Shown piece after piece: positions 1 to 9,775 of a DNA stretch of 64,000 nt. The stretch is from Gemmatales bacterium. GTDB taxonomy: Bacteria; Planctomycetota; Planctomycetia; Gemmatales; HRBIN36. The stretch is taken from assembly GCA_041640595.1 (NCBI GenBank), contig JBEPZY010000003.1:32001-96000 (forward strand). The letters are read 5' to 3'. Made by a program: the position numbers and the translations under genes. Numbering within the stretch: position 1 is the stretch's first letter; every line of letters begins with the position of its first letter. The notes beneath the pieces are model-generated. The model worked only from the letters and a program-made list of their open reading frames with translations, was not told the DNA's origin and ran no database searches.

Positions 1-425
1 CCATACGGAGTAATGGCCGGCAAACCCAATCCATTGAGGATCAGTTTCGTCGAGTAATACGTGGCCACGCTGTACCAGCCGATCTGCAGCAGGCCCATGA
101 AAATTCCCGGAATCAGAAAACCGCCACGGGCTCCGAAGGTGCTGGTGCCAACGATATAAAGCGGCAATCCCGTTTGCATGCCCAGCAGGCCCGGCACGTA
201 GTAAAACAACAGATGACACGCTGCTCCGGCAAACACTGCCCCGATCAGGACCGCCCACAACCCGCCGTAGCGAAACGCCTCGCCCAGCTGATCGTAAAAC
301 GCAATCCAGAGAAAAATCCCCGCGTAGCTCGGTGCGGTATTGACATACCAGGGAGCGCGTTGGTCTGGAGGAACCGGTGTGGCGGTACGCAGGTAGGCAG
401 GAATCGCCGCATTGCCGTTGGCCAT
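1..425 (-). CDS. Purine/cytosine permease (NCS1-like) family transporter, 5' part; runs off the window edge
   Basis: Manual translation from ATG at 425 gives MANGNAAIPAYLRTATPVPPDQRAPWYVNTAPSYAGIFLWIAFYDQL...PGLLGMQTGLPLYIVGTSTFGARGGFLIPG. It has several hydrophobic helices and a G-x-x-T-G-L...S-T-F-G-x-x-G motif typical of NCS1 permeases. GAGGGAAG RBS upstream. Absent from the ORF track because there is no stop in the window. Confidence 0.7.
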   Translation of the reverse strand, partial: MANGNAAIPAYLRTATPVPPDQRAPWYVNTAPSYAGIFLWIAFYDQLGEAFRYGGLWAVLIGAVFAGAACHLLFYYVPGLLGMQTGLPLYIVGTSTFGARGGFLIPGIFMGLLQIGWYSVATYYSTKLILNGLGLPAITPY

Positions 426-573
426 GATTACTTCCCTCGTTGTCCTTGTGGCGAGCATATGCCCGCCACCCCCTTCGGGTAAGATGCCGACAGAATCGAG
501 CCGTCGAGGATGCACCCGGCAGCATTGGCAGTATAACTAGCCTCAGCTTCGTGGCAAGCAGAAAGGGAGAAAT

Positions 574-1986
574 ATGTTCGGAATCGAATCCTGGCCGGCC
601 TGGTGCGTGCTGGGTTCCCTGGTGGTATTGCTGTGGCTGATCATGCGGGTGCAGGTGCAGGCGTTTGTGGCCTTGCTGGTGGTCAGCATCGGACTGGGAT
701 TGGCGACCGGTATGGAACCGGTGCAGGTCGTTCGCGCACTCGGACAGGGTGTTGGCGAGATTGCTCGAGAAGTGATTCTCGTGCTGGCTCTGGGAGCCAT
801 ACTCGGCAGGGTACTGGAAGCATCTCGCGCTGCGGAAGTTTTAGCCGAGACGCTGCTACGCTGGTTCGGGGAAAAGCAGGCGCCGGTGGCGATCCTGCTA
901 TCCGCTTACCTGATCGGCTTGCCGGTGCTGTTCAACGTGGGATTTCTGCTCTTGATTCCGATTGTGTATCGGCTGCACGAAAAAACCGGGCGTTCGCTAT
1001 TGGCCTATGGCCTGCCCATGGCGTTCAGCCTGGGATTAGTGCATTCTCTGGTACCTCCGCATCCCGGCATCGTGTATGCCGTGGGCGCCCTGCAGGGGAA
1101 CATCGTGGAGGTGATGCTGGGCGGTGCGCTCCTGGCGGTGCCGATGGCACTGGTCGGCTGGTTCGGTCCGGGTCGAGCCTGGGCGAATCGGCAGCATGTA
1201 ACCGTGCCCTCGGCTCTGCATCAGCCGGCGATCACCACCGCTTCACCCGCAGTACGGCATTTCTGGCAAGCCCTGCTCCTGGTGGTGTTGCCCCTGGTGT
1301 TGAGCACGCTGGGATTCGCCGTCGAGGTACTGGAACGGCAGAAGCAAATGCCGAACTGGCTTCGGCAGCCGCTGGCGCTTCCCGGTTCGCCCCTGGTGAC
1401 GCACAGCCTCGCGCAATGGGTGCGGTTTTTCGGCCATCCGGTCATGGCACTGGCCAGTTCGACGGCACTGGGCCTGGCCTGGTGCTGGTATTATGGCGGG
1501 ATGAATCGAGCTCAGCTGGCGAAATTAACCGCCCGCGGGCTGGAAGATGTCGGAGCGATGGCACTGTTGTTTTTGGCTGCCGGTGCTTTCAAACAAATCC
1601 TGGAAGCCTCCGGTGCAGGCAAACAGTTGGCCAGCTGGATCACCGCACTGCCGTTCAGTCCCGTGTTGCTTTGCTATCTGGTAGCAGTGGTTACGCGGAT
1701 TGCTCTGGGTTCTGCTACTGCTGCCATCGTTACAGCTGCTCCGTTACTGGCTCCCGTAACTGCTCTGTATCCGGGCCAGGAAACGCTTTTGATTCTGGCG
1801 CTGGCGTGTGGGATTACGTTCATGACCCAGCCGGCCGACAGCGGATTCTGGATGGTCAAGGAATATTTCAACCTCAGCGTCGCGGAAGTGATGATCCGGT
1901 TCAATGCCTGCCGAATTACCATGTCGCTGGTCGGCCTGATTTTGCTGGTGCTGATCGCCAGCCTGCTGCAACCAACCTCGCTCTAA
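574..1986 (+). CDS. GntP-family gluconate:H+ symporter/permease
   Basis: 470 aa polytopic membrane protein with GntP motifs (LGAILGRVLEASRAAE, HSLVPPHPG, RIALGSATAA, DSGFWMVKEYF). GGGAGA RBS. Confidence 0.9.
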   Translation: MFGIESWPAWCVLGSLVVLLWLIMRVQVQAFVALLVVSIGLGLATGMEPVQVVRALGQGVGEIAREVILVLALGAILGRVLEASRAAEVLAETLLRWFGEKQAPVAILLSAYLIGLPVLFNVGFLLLIPIVYRLHEKTGRSLLAYGLPMAFSLGLVHSLVPPHPGIVYAVGALQGNIVEVMLGGALLAVPMALVGWFGPGRAWANRQHVTVPSALHQPAITTASPAVRHFWQALLLVVLPLVLSTLGFAVEVLERQKQMPNWLRQPLALPGSPLVTHSLAQWVRFFGHPVMALASSTALGLAWCWYYGGMNRAQLAKLTARGLEDVGAMALLFLAAGAFKQILEASGAGKQLASWITALPFSPVLLCYLVAVVTRIALGSATAAIVTAAPLLAPVTALYPGQETLLILALACGITFMTQPADSGFWMVKEYFNLSVAEVMIRFNACRITMSLVGLILLVLIASLLQPTSL

Positions 1987-2010
1987 CCGCATGGGATTCG
2001 CCCAACCCGA

Positions 2011-2460
2011 ACAAGAACGGCGACCGTCAGCCCGCCGTGGGTTTCTAACCCTGGTGCAGTCGCGGAGGTTTACCACGGTGGGCTTACGCCCACCGCTCCT
2101 GGTTGGCGCAACGTGCGTTCGGCGAGCAAAAGCGACATTCGCGATGCACAAACGACAATTCGCAAGAGCGGCGACCGTCAGCCCGCCGTGGGTTAATCTC
2201 GCCCACATAAACCGTGCCTGGTACGCGGAAGACTGCCGATTGTGTACGAACGCGATTATGATCGCGTTATTGTTACCACGGGGGGCTTACGCCCACCGCT
2301 CCTGGTTGGTGTGCGGACGTCTGCCGGCAAAAAAACGATTTTTGCGATGCACGAACGCACAGTACTAGGAGCGGCGACCGTCAGCCCGCCGTGGGTTGAT
2401 TAGGGGACGCCTGTTCAAGTGCAAACGTCTTCCGCGGTCAGCTTACGCCGATCGCTTCTC
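2011..2460. repeat. REP-like mosaic array 1 (about 6 alternating hairpin copies)
   Basis: Forward copies (A/G)GAGCGGCGACCGTCAGCCCGCCGTGG at ~2012, 2163 and 2366. Reverse copies CCACGG(T/G)GGGCTTACGCCCACCGCTCCTGG at 2073 and 2276, plus a degenerate one at ~2431. Lies between convergent genes. Confidence 0.9.
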
Positions 2461-2490
2461 AGCCGCGTGTGCGGGATAAAGAGGCGGATG

Positions 2491-3948
2491 TCAGCTCAAG
2501 ATGCCCCAGATGATGTTGCCCTGAACGAGTTCACGGGGCTGCTTGAGGTGGTTGTACTGAATCATGTGCGGGTCGAGGCCGACGCTGTGGTAAATCGTCG
2601 CCAGCAGGTCGCACGGATGCACCGGATTTTCCAGTGGCGCAGAAGCGGTCTTGTCCGACTTGCCGTACACGAAACCGCGCTTGACTCCGGCACCGGCAAT
2701 GACAGCGGTGAAGCAATACGGCCAGTGATCGCGGCCATCGGCACTGTTGCCGTTGCCGGAAGTGCTGACGCCCCGCTGCGGGCTACGCCCAAACTCACCG
2801 ACTGCCACAACCAGCGTCTCCGACAGCAGCCCGCGCTGATCGAGGTCTTCGAGCAAAGCGGACAAGCCAGCGTCGAGCATCGGTGCGGACAGCCGTTTCA
2901 TCCGGTCGGGCAAACCAACGTGGTGATCCCAGGAATGGAGGTCGGAGTTGGCCACTTTCGGCCAGTTGACCTCGACGAATCGGCAACCGGCCTCCACCAG
3001 GCGACGTGCCAGCAGACAGCTCTGTCCAAAAGTATTCCGCCCGTACTTGTCGCGCAGGCTGGCTGGTTCCTTGCTCAGGTCAAACGCTTCCCGAGCCCGA
3101 CCGCTGACGATGAGGCTGAACGCCTGCTGATAGTAGGCGTCGGGATTGTATTTGGCGACAGCGCGTTCGAGTTCGGGCAGGCTTTCGTTGACCAGCTGGC
3201 GGAGACTGGCGCGGCGGGTGAGGCGTTCCGGCGACAGTTCCACGCGGATTTTCAGGTCATCCACGCGGATACGATCCATCTTGTTCATGTCGTTGTCGTC
3301 GCCGGGCGGGAACAGGTAGTAGGGATCGTAGGCTTTGCCCAAGAACCCGGCCGTGCCCCCCTTATTGATGACATTGGATTCCTGCAACGGCCGGGGCATC
3401 ATCACAAAGGGTAGCATGGGCACATCCGGCGGGCGATACTTGGCGATATTGCAACCGATGTGCGGGAAGTCTTTCGGACTGGGCGGTTCCAGCTGGCCGG
3501 ATGGGCTGACTTTGTCTGTGGTGTAACCGGTCAGCATCTGGTAAATCGCCGCCGTGTGATTGAACAGGCCCACCGGTGTGTAGCTCATCGTGCGGATGAG
3601 CGTTACTTTGTCGTTGACCTGAGCAAACCGTGGCAACACTTCGGTGAATTTGACGCCAGGAATTCTGGTATCAATCGCCTGGAAGACGCTGCGGACGTTG
3701 TCGGGAACGTTGTCCTTGGGGTCCCAGAGGTCAATATGACTGGGGCCGCCCTGCAGGTAAAGCAGAATCACGCTTTTCGCTTTACCAAAGCCGGGCCCGC
3801 CTCCGTTGCCGTTTTGCTTCGCCAGAGCTTCCGCGCGGAGCACATCGGCGAGCGTGAAACCGGCCAGGGATAACCCTCCAATGCGGAGCCAATCACGGCG
3901 GGTCATGCCGTCGCAGGTTGCTGCCACCGGACCGGGAATCACCAACAT
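2491..3948 (-). CDS. DUF1501 domain-containing protein (Planctomycete family)
   Basis: Twin-Arg-like N-terminus ([11 protein letters not shown]), [39 protein letters not shown] and GRDHWP motifs. Confidence 0.93.
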   Translation of the reverse strand: MLVIPGPVAATCDGMTRRDWLRIGGLSLAGFTLADVLRAEALAKQNGNGGGPGFGKAKSVILLYLQGGPSHIDLWDPKDNVPDNVRSVFQAIDTRIPGVKFTEVLPRFAQVNDKVTLIRTMSYTPVGLFNHTAAIYQMLTGYTTDKVSPSGQLEPPSPKDFPHIGCNIAKYRPPDVPMLPFVMMPRPLQESNVINKGGTAGFLGKAYDPYYLFPPGDDNDMNKMDRIRVDDLKIRVELSPERLTRRASLRQLVNESLPELERAVAKYNPDAYYQQAFSLIVSGRAREAFDLSKEPASLRDKYGRNTFGQSCLLARRLVEAGCRFVEVNWPKVANSDLHSWDHHVGLPDRMKRLSAPMLDAGLSALLEDLDQRGLLSETLVVAVGEFGRSPQRGVSTSGNGNSADGRDHWPYCFTAVIAGAGVKRGFVYGKSDKTASAPLENPVHPCDLLATIYHSVGLDPHMIQYNHLKQPRELVQGNIIWGILS

Positions 3949-4155
3949 GACACTTCCTCCGTTTAGCTGGGGGTCTTCGTCTCTGCCTTGCAGGCGGGGA
4001 TGCGTCGTCCTGGCAGCCGAACGACGCTGTGCGGGGATTCACCAGCAGACCCGTCTGCCGCATCGCTCATCAGCACCTGTCGGCAGACGTCTCGCCATTT
4101 TTATCTTATCGAATCCCCGGGACACTGGCAAGCAGAAAAAGAGCCGAGCCGCTTT

Positions 4156-6786
4156 TTAGCGAATGAAGCAGAATTCCTTGGCGTTGATCAGCGACCAGAG
4201 CAGGTTTTCGTAAGCGGTTTTGCGATTTTGCGGGCCGAGCCGTTCGATGTGTTCCAGGGCTACCTGAAGTTCGTCCGGCTGCGGTTTGCGTGCAAACGCC
4301 CAGAGGTAGATTTCCTCGACCTTGCTGCGTTCGTCACGGTTGGTATCGCGGGCGAGCAAGTCGGCCCGACCACCGCCGCGGGTCAATTTTGCCTGAATCT
4401 CGTCCGAATTGAGCAGATGCAGAACCTGGGCCAGGTTAGCGTCGTTGACCCGTTCGCATTCGCAAGCGCTCGCACGAGCGGGCTTGCCGAACACGGTCAG
4501 GAAGTAGTTGTTGTACGCTTCATCCGGCAGCTTGATGGCACGATTCGGGGCATGGCGATCCTGCGGCAGAGAATTGAACTGGCCGGGAGCGTTCAGCACC
4601 TGATTGACCGCATCGTAGAGCACCTCGGCGTTCATGCGTTGCGGATAAAAGCGAGCGAAATTCTTGCGGTCGAACTTGTTGAACTGATTGGGCAAGCTGC
4701 TGAGCTGATACGTCCGGCTCTTGCAGATGGTGCGGATCAGGTGTTTGAGACTGTAGCCGTGTTCGATGAAATCCCGCGCCAGGGCATCCAGCAGGGCTTC
4801 GTTACTGGGCGGATTGGTGATTCGCATATCGTCGGGCGGGTCCACGATACCGCGACCGAAGAAGTGGGCCCAGTAGCGATTGACCACGGCCCGCGCGAAG
4901 AAAGGATTGTCCTTCCGCGCCAGCCAGTCGGCCAGCAGTTGCCGGGGATCCTGGCCTGGCGGGACGTTCATCACCTCGCCGTCGAGCGGTTTGATCTGGG
5001 CCGGCTGACCGGTGCGTTTGTTGGCCACACTGCCATCGCGACGCACTGCGATCGCGTAAATTGTCCGCTGCTGACCATTGGTTTCCTGCCCGGGTAAGAC
5101 CAGCTCCTTGCGTTGTACGCGACCAAAGAAGGCCGCCAGTCCCCAGTAATCATCCTGGCTCCATTTCTCGAACGGATGATGATGGCATTGTGCACAGGCC
5201 AGCCGCAAACCCAGAAATACCTGGGCCAGGTCGTCCACGAACTGGCTCGGCTGCTCGATTTCCTTGTACCAGACCACAGGCGGATGGCTTTGCTCGTCGC
5301 CAGTTGCAGCAATGATCGCACGGGCAAACTGGTCGTAAGGCAAATCCTGCTGAATGGCCTGACGCAGCCAATCGTGAAACGCAAAGGTACCGAAAGTTCG
5401 GCTCGGGTCGCCGCGCCGTTTCACGCGAAGGATGTCCGCCCACTTGTTGGCGAAGAAGTAACCATACTCCGGACGCTCCAGTAATTGATCCACCAGTTTG
5501 TCTCGTTTGTTCGGATCGGTGTCAGCGAGGAAAGCCTGCACTTCCGCCGGTGTCGGCAGCGTGCCGCAAATCTGCAACGTGGCGCGACGGATAAACTCCT
5601 CATCCGTACAAAGCGGCGAAGGCACGAGGTTCAGCTCCCGCCATTTCTGTGCGGTGTGGACATCCACAAGGGTTTTCGGCTCAAACGACCAGCTCGGCAC
5701 TGTTCCGGGCAAGGGTACGACCACGCGGAAAACGGTTACGTGCCCCTGATAGCGTACCATAATAGCAGCGTCACCTGCCGCGCTATAGGTTCGCACCATT
5801 CCCTGCCCGTCCACGCTGGCCACTTCGATATCGTTACTTTCGTACTGAGCGCGGAAGGTCACATCTTCCACCGTGCCATCGCTGTAATGAGCCAGTGCTA
5901 CCAGCTGCTGGCTGGATTGCTGAGCGAGAATGCGTTTTTCCGGAAACACACTCACCCGCACCACCACCGGATCGCTGGGGCGACCCCACGGCATTCCCGC
6001 GATAATCCAGCGGCGAATCAGGCGATACTCCTCGGAATCTTTTTCGAGACGTTTGCCGCCACCATGCGGCATCTGACCCGTCGCTTTCAAGAGCAGCAGA
6101 CTGTTATCCGGCGCGGCCGGGAAAACGCGACGCCCTCGCGCCTCTTTGACAATGGCGTTGTAATCAATCTCCGGCTCGAAACCCAGAAGCGACAATTTGA
6201 ATCCGTTTTGTCCGGTGGACTTGCCATGACAGCCCCCGGCATTGCAGCCGAATTTGGTGAAAATCGGCACGATCTGGTTGGGGAAATTGATCGGCAGGGG
6301 TTCCTGCGTGTGCGTTACGCTGACCCGCAAACTTGCCGTCTTGTCGCCATAGCGGGCCACTACTTCGGTTTGCCCATCTGCCAGCGCCATCAGTCGCCCA
6401 TTGCTTACCCGGACTAATCTGGCATCGCCCACCTGCCACTGGATGGCGGGAGTAACATCCACCTGCCGCCCATCGTTTAACTCGGCCGTCACCACAACCT
6501 GACACGTGGCCTGCTCACCTTGCAAGCGAACTTCCGCGGGAAACACACTGAGCGCTTTGACCGCTGCCGGCGAAGGAAGAGAGGAAGAGGATGGATTCGG
6601 CTCTGCCGCACGTCCCAGGCCAACCGCAATCGCCAGCCCGATCAGCAAGCAGATCAGTTTTCCGCCACGCCGTCGCACTACGTGTCCCGCACGGGTGTTC
6701 AATCGCCTCAATCCCGGTAACGCGGTCTTGGGCGACCCGCCAACATTCCACGACATCGCCAGCAATGCTTGCTTGCATTGGCGCAT
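4156..6786 (-). CDS. DUF1549/DUF1553 (PSD1) protein with N-terminal Ig-like (Big_2) domains
   Basis: GCNAGGCHG, ACAQCHHHPFEKWSQDDYWGLAAFF, VNRYWAHFFGRGIVDP and FGKPARASACECER motifs. Paired with DUF1501 as usual in Planctomycetes. Start placed at ATG 6786 behind an AAGGGGG RBS; the ORF extends to 6918. Confidence 0.9.
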   Translation of the reverse strand: MRQCKQALLAMSWNVGGSPKTALPGLRRLNTRAGHVVRRRGGKLICLLIGLAIAVGLGRAAEPNPSSSSLPSPAAVKALSVFPAEVRLQGEQATCQVVVTAELNDGRQVDVTPAIQWQVGDARLVRVSNGRLMALADGQTEVVARYGDKTASLRVSVTHTQEPLPINFPNQIVPIFTKFGCNAGGCHGKSTGQNGFKLSLLGFEPEIDYNAIVKEARGRRVFPAAPDNSLLLLKATGQMPHGGGKRLEKDSEEYRLIRRWIIAGMPWGRPSDPVVVRVSVFPEKRILAQQSSQQLVALAHYSDGTVEDVTFRAQYESNDIEVASVDGQGMVRTYSAAGDAAIMVRYQGHVTVFRVVVPLPGTVPSWSFEPKTLVDVHTAQKWRELNLVPSPLCTDEEFIRRATLQICGTLPTPAEVQAFLADTDPNKRDKLVDQLLERPEYGYFFANKWADILRVKRRGDPSRTFGTFAFHDWLRQAIQQDLPYDQFARAIIAATGDEQSHPPVVWYKEIEQPSQFVDDLAQVFLGLRLACAQCHHHPFEKWSQDDYWGLAAFFGRVQRKELVLPGQETNGQQRTIYAIAVRRDGSVANKRTGQPAQIKPLDGEVMNVPPGQDPRQLLADWLARKDNPFFARAVVNRYWAHFFGRGIVDPPDDMRITNPPSNEALLDALARDFIEHGYSLKHLIRTICKSRTYQLSSLPNQFNKFDRKNFARFYPQRMNAEVLYDAVNQVLNAPGQFNSLPQDRHAPNRAIKLPDEAYNNYFLTVFGKPARASACECERVNDANLAQVLHLLNSDEIQAKLTRGGGRADLLARDTNRDERSKVEEIYLWAFARKPQPDELQVALEHIERLGPQNRKTAYENLLWSLINAKEFCFIR

Positions 6787-7011
6787 AATCATCCCCCTTG
6801 GCGTAAAGACGGCAGCGTTTCGGAAAAGCAATGCGTTCTCGGCAGGCGTTCGCAGGCGGGTTGAATGTTCGGCTAGTGTCCGGGCTGGACAGCCCTGTTC
6901 GCAGTAATAATCACTCAACAGCGTCAGGCTTTTATGCTATCTTACAAGCCGATTGTCAGGACGTGAAGTCCGGCTGGGGGGAAAACCAGAGTGTATTGGT
7001 CGCGCCGTCGG

Positions 7012-8076
7012 CTACTGGGCACGAGACCGGCTGCCTGAAGGCGAACCGGCAATGGGCATGCCAACCGGCAACGGTCGAGCGGCCACCGTGTAGCCTGCCT
7101 GATACGACCAGTCGCGCAAAGCCCGATACAGCGGAATGCTTTCGGGATAAACGAAGAAAGTCAGCACGGCGGTTTCCGGTGGCACCTGGGCCAGCAAACG
7201 ACGAAAAACCGAAGACTCGCTCAGGGCTTGTTCGAGTGTTTCGCCGCGAATGGCCTGCATCGGCACGACTTCCCAGTAAGCCAGGCCGGCAGAAAAATAG
7301 CGGGGATCCGCCGGCCCCTGCTCGCGGAACAGCCAATCCAGCGGCGAATCGGCATTCCGAACGATTCGATACTTCAGTGCAAATGCTCCGTGCTGGCTGG
7401 TTTGCCCCTCCACCGACCAGCGATAACGCAACTGCTCGAGATGTTCCGGAAACTTCTGCCGCACTTCCTGCAAAAGCCCCGCCAGGTCAACAGGCGTTAC
7501 TCGCTGCTGGTAACACTCGAAATATACTTCGTGGGAAAACACCGGCCGACTCACGGGCAGCCAGTAATGCAAAGCTCGCACCTCTCGCCGCGACACTGTC
7601 GGCAACGTAGCCGCCTGTTTCTCGCTCAGCCTTTGCAAACTTTGCTCGAGCTCGCGCAACTGTTGCTCCAGCTCTTTCACGGACGCCGACCAGCGATGCC
7701 ACTGTTGCTGCGTCCGGTCGGATTGTTCCTGCCAGTGTCGCCGTTGGTACTCGGCAGCCAGCAGAGATTGTGTTTCGGCAGCAAGGTGGAGTTTCGCCAG
7801 TTCCAGCCGCTGGCAATAGCTTTGCCATTGCTGCCGGGCCGATTCCAGTTGCCGGACTGTTTCCTGCTGGTTGTCCGCTTCCGATACCGATGGCGAAGTC
7901 GCTGCGAGCACGGGATTTTCGACCGGCTTCGGTGAATCTTCCAGGGCAACTCGTCCCGACCAATCCCTGATGCGTGCGGCCACCAGAACGACCAGGATCA
8001 ACACGATCCCCACCAGGTTGCTCAACACGTCGAGAAACGAATCCGAGCCGAAAAAGGTATCTCCGTTTCGCCGCAT
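7012..8076 (-). CDS. Single-TM coiled-coil protein, ExbD/MotB-like partner 2 (TM Asp present)
   Basis: N-terminal TM SDSFLDVLSNLVGIVLILVVLV, then a coiled coil and a C-terminal alpha/beta domain (LTFFVYPESIPLYRALRD...GYTVAARPLP). Third gene of the MotA-like operon. Confidence 0.7.
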   Translation of the reverse strand: MRRNGDTFFGSDSFLDVLSNLVGIVLILVVLVAARIRDWSGRVALEDSPKPVENPVLAATSPSVSEADNQQETVRQLESARQQWQSYCQRLELAKLHLAAETQSLLAAEYQRRHWQEQSDRTQQQWHRWSASVKELEQQLRELEQSLQRLSEKQAATLPTVSRREVRALHYWLPVSRPVFSHEVYFECYQQRVTPVDLAGLLQEVRQKFPEHLEQLRYRWSVEGQTSQHGAFALKYRIVRNADSPLDWLFREQGPADPRYFSAGLAYWEVVPMQAIRGETLEQALSESSVFRRLLAQVPPETAVLTFFVYPESIPLYRALRDWSYQAGYTVAARPLPVGMPIAGSPSGSRSRAQ

Positions 8077-8251
8077 ACGATGCCCTCCGCGCGGACTGTT
8101 TCGGCAATGCAGCAGTAGCCCGCAAGATGCAACCAGCGGCAGCCAGCCACGCTCATGCCTTCTCGGTCGGGCTCACCGTTGGGGTTGCCCGGCGACTGGT
8201 GGCCATGTCTTGCCAGCCTGGGGTCGGTACCGTTGGGCCACACATTGTCGC

Positions 8252-9769
8252 TTATCGCTCGCGGTTGCCCGGCACTTGGTGAAGTGAACCAGCAGGTTCG
8301 TCGGATGCGTGCGGGAGCCATTCCACCTGCCACACCCAGCCAGAGCGAGCAAGACGGCTCGCCAGTTCGTAATAGACAAGCGTTCCGGCTGGCTCGACCC
8401 GAATCCGCAATTCCACCGACAGGCCCGATCGCAAGCCCACAGCCCGCCAGTTGTCCAGTTCCATCAGCAAGGTTTGCCAGGCACCGTTCTCGGCAAGCAC
8501 GGCGTAACTGCGCCGCTGAGCCGGCCAGTCAATCCGATTCGAGCGACACACCAGCGTCACTGCACCGGTTTCGCTGGCAACGCGCGGCGACGCTTGCTTC
8601 CCTTTGCTGAAGCCGAAGACTCCCGGAGCAGTGCCCGACCCGATAGTTGTTTCCGCAACCGGCTTTGTCTGACCCTGCGTTGACGTAGCGGCTGGCTTCG
8701 CCGGAATAACAGGCTTCGCCGCAGATGTTTGCTGATCGGCTACGCTTGATTTCGCAGCTGGCTTGGAAGTAATGGCAACCGCACCGGGTTTGCTTGCAGG
8801 CGGATTATGCGGTTCTGCTGTCCAGGGTGTATTTCCTTTTCCGGTTGTATTGGTCGTTGGACTGCCGGGCTGTTCAGACGTCGGCGAGCTGCCCGCTCGA
8901 CTTTCAGACATGCCCGCGGCTGACGAGTTCCTCATGACTGGGTCAGATGAAGCCACCGGCTCCTGCCCGATTTCAATTCGCCAATCTTCCGGCACAAGTT
9001 CGTAGCCAATTTCCCAATCGCTATCTTCCAGCCATTTCGGCACCAGATAATGCAAAACAAACCCACTGGGGCGAACGAGCAGCAGGATATACGGCTTGTC
9101 GCTGGACTGGAGAGCACGCTGCGTTTCCAGTACCGCCTGGCGAAATCGCTCCGCCGCCTGGTCCTGCTCCGCTGAAATAGCCCAACCGCTGGCAAGAAAG
9201 ACCGCCCGACCGTTCACCGCTTCCACCACAATCGGGGGTCGCCAGCTTCCTCGCTGGGCCGGATGCGGTATTAGCTGGTAAATCACTTCCCGCTTTTCCG
9301 GGGCCAATTGCGGCGGAACCTGCATGGCCCGCAACTTCGACGACAGTAAGCGGCACCTTTCGCTTAGCGCTTGCTGTCGTGCCCGAAGCTGATCAATTTC
9401 CGCAAGCCTGTTTTCTACCTGCACGCGCAGAGCGACACTATCCCTTTCAATAGCGGTGCGCTGTTCGCGTAAAAGACGGCTTTCCCGCCCGACAGCGGCC
9501 AGCTCCTCTTCTAAATGTTTAGTGCCCTGCTCAATATGCCACAGTTCCTCCAGCAAGATCAGGGCACTTATGTTAGATGCTGGTTGCTTCACAACAGGCC
9601 GGTCCACATCTAAGCGAAAATCAAGGTGCCTGTTATCTTGACCGCTTCCCACATTATTGCGAGCTTGCTCAGTCAATACCAGCAATAAGAGGGTGAGACT
9701 GCCCAGCGTGCATAGCAACACCGAGAGGAAAGGAAATAAGTCCAGGCGCGGTACATAATGGCGGGGCAT
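8252..9769 (-). CDS. Single-TM coiled-coil protein, ExbD/MotB-like partner 1 (no TM Asp), with two ExbD-like domains
   Basis: N-terminal TM LFPFLSVLLCTLGSLTLLLLVL, coiled coil, domain YILLLVRPSG...IGYELVPEDW, a P/S/T/A linker, and a second domain LRIRVEPAG...GWVWQVEWLP. Starts 6 bp after the MotA-like stop. Confidence 0.7.
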   Translation of the reverse strand: MPRHYVPRLDLFPFLSVLLCTLGSLTLLLLVLTEQARNNVGSGQDNRHLDFRLDVDRPVVKQPASNISALILLEELWHIEQGTKHLEEELAAVGRESRLLREQRTAIERDSVALRVQVENRLAEIDQLRARQQALSERCRLLSSKLRAMQVPPQLAPEKREVIYQLIPHPAQRGSWRPPIVVEAVNGRAVFLASGWAISAEQDQAAERFRQAVLETQRALQSSDKPYILLLVRPSGFVLHYLVPKWLEDSDWEIGYELVPEDWRIEIGQEPVASSDPVMRNSSAAGMSESRAGSSPTSEQPGSPTTNTTGKGNTPWTAEPHNPPASKPGAVAITSKPAAKSSVADQQTSAAKPVIPAKPAATSTQGQTKPVAETTIGSGTAPGVFGFSKGKQASPRVASETGAVTLVCRSNRIDWPAQRRSYAVLAENGAWQTLLMELDNWRAVGLRSGLSVELRIRVEPAGTLVYYELASRLARSGWVWQVEWLPHASDEPAGSLHQVPGNRER

Positions 9770-9775
9770 ACAGCT

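Noticed and set aside
603..6417. Long alternative-frame or antisense ORFs (603-2048, 2419-3414, 3988-5097, 5485-6417, and similar at 17690-18676, 29810-30856, 35840-36886)
   Set aside because: They are shadows of well-supported genes, expected in high-GC DNA.
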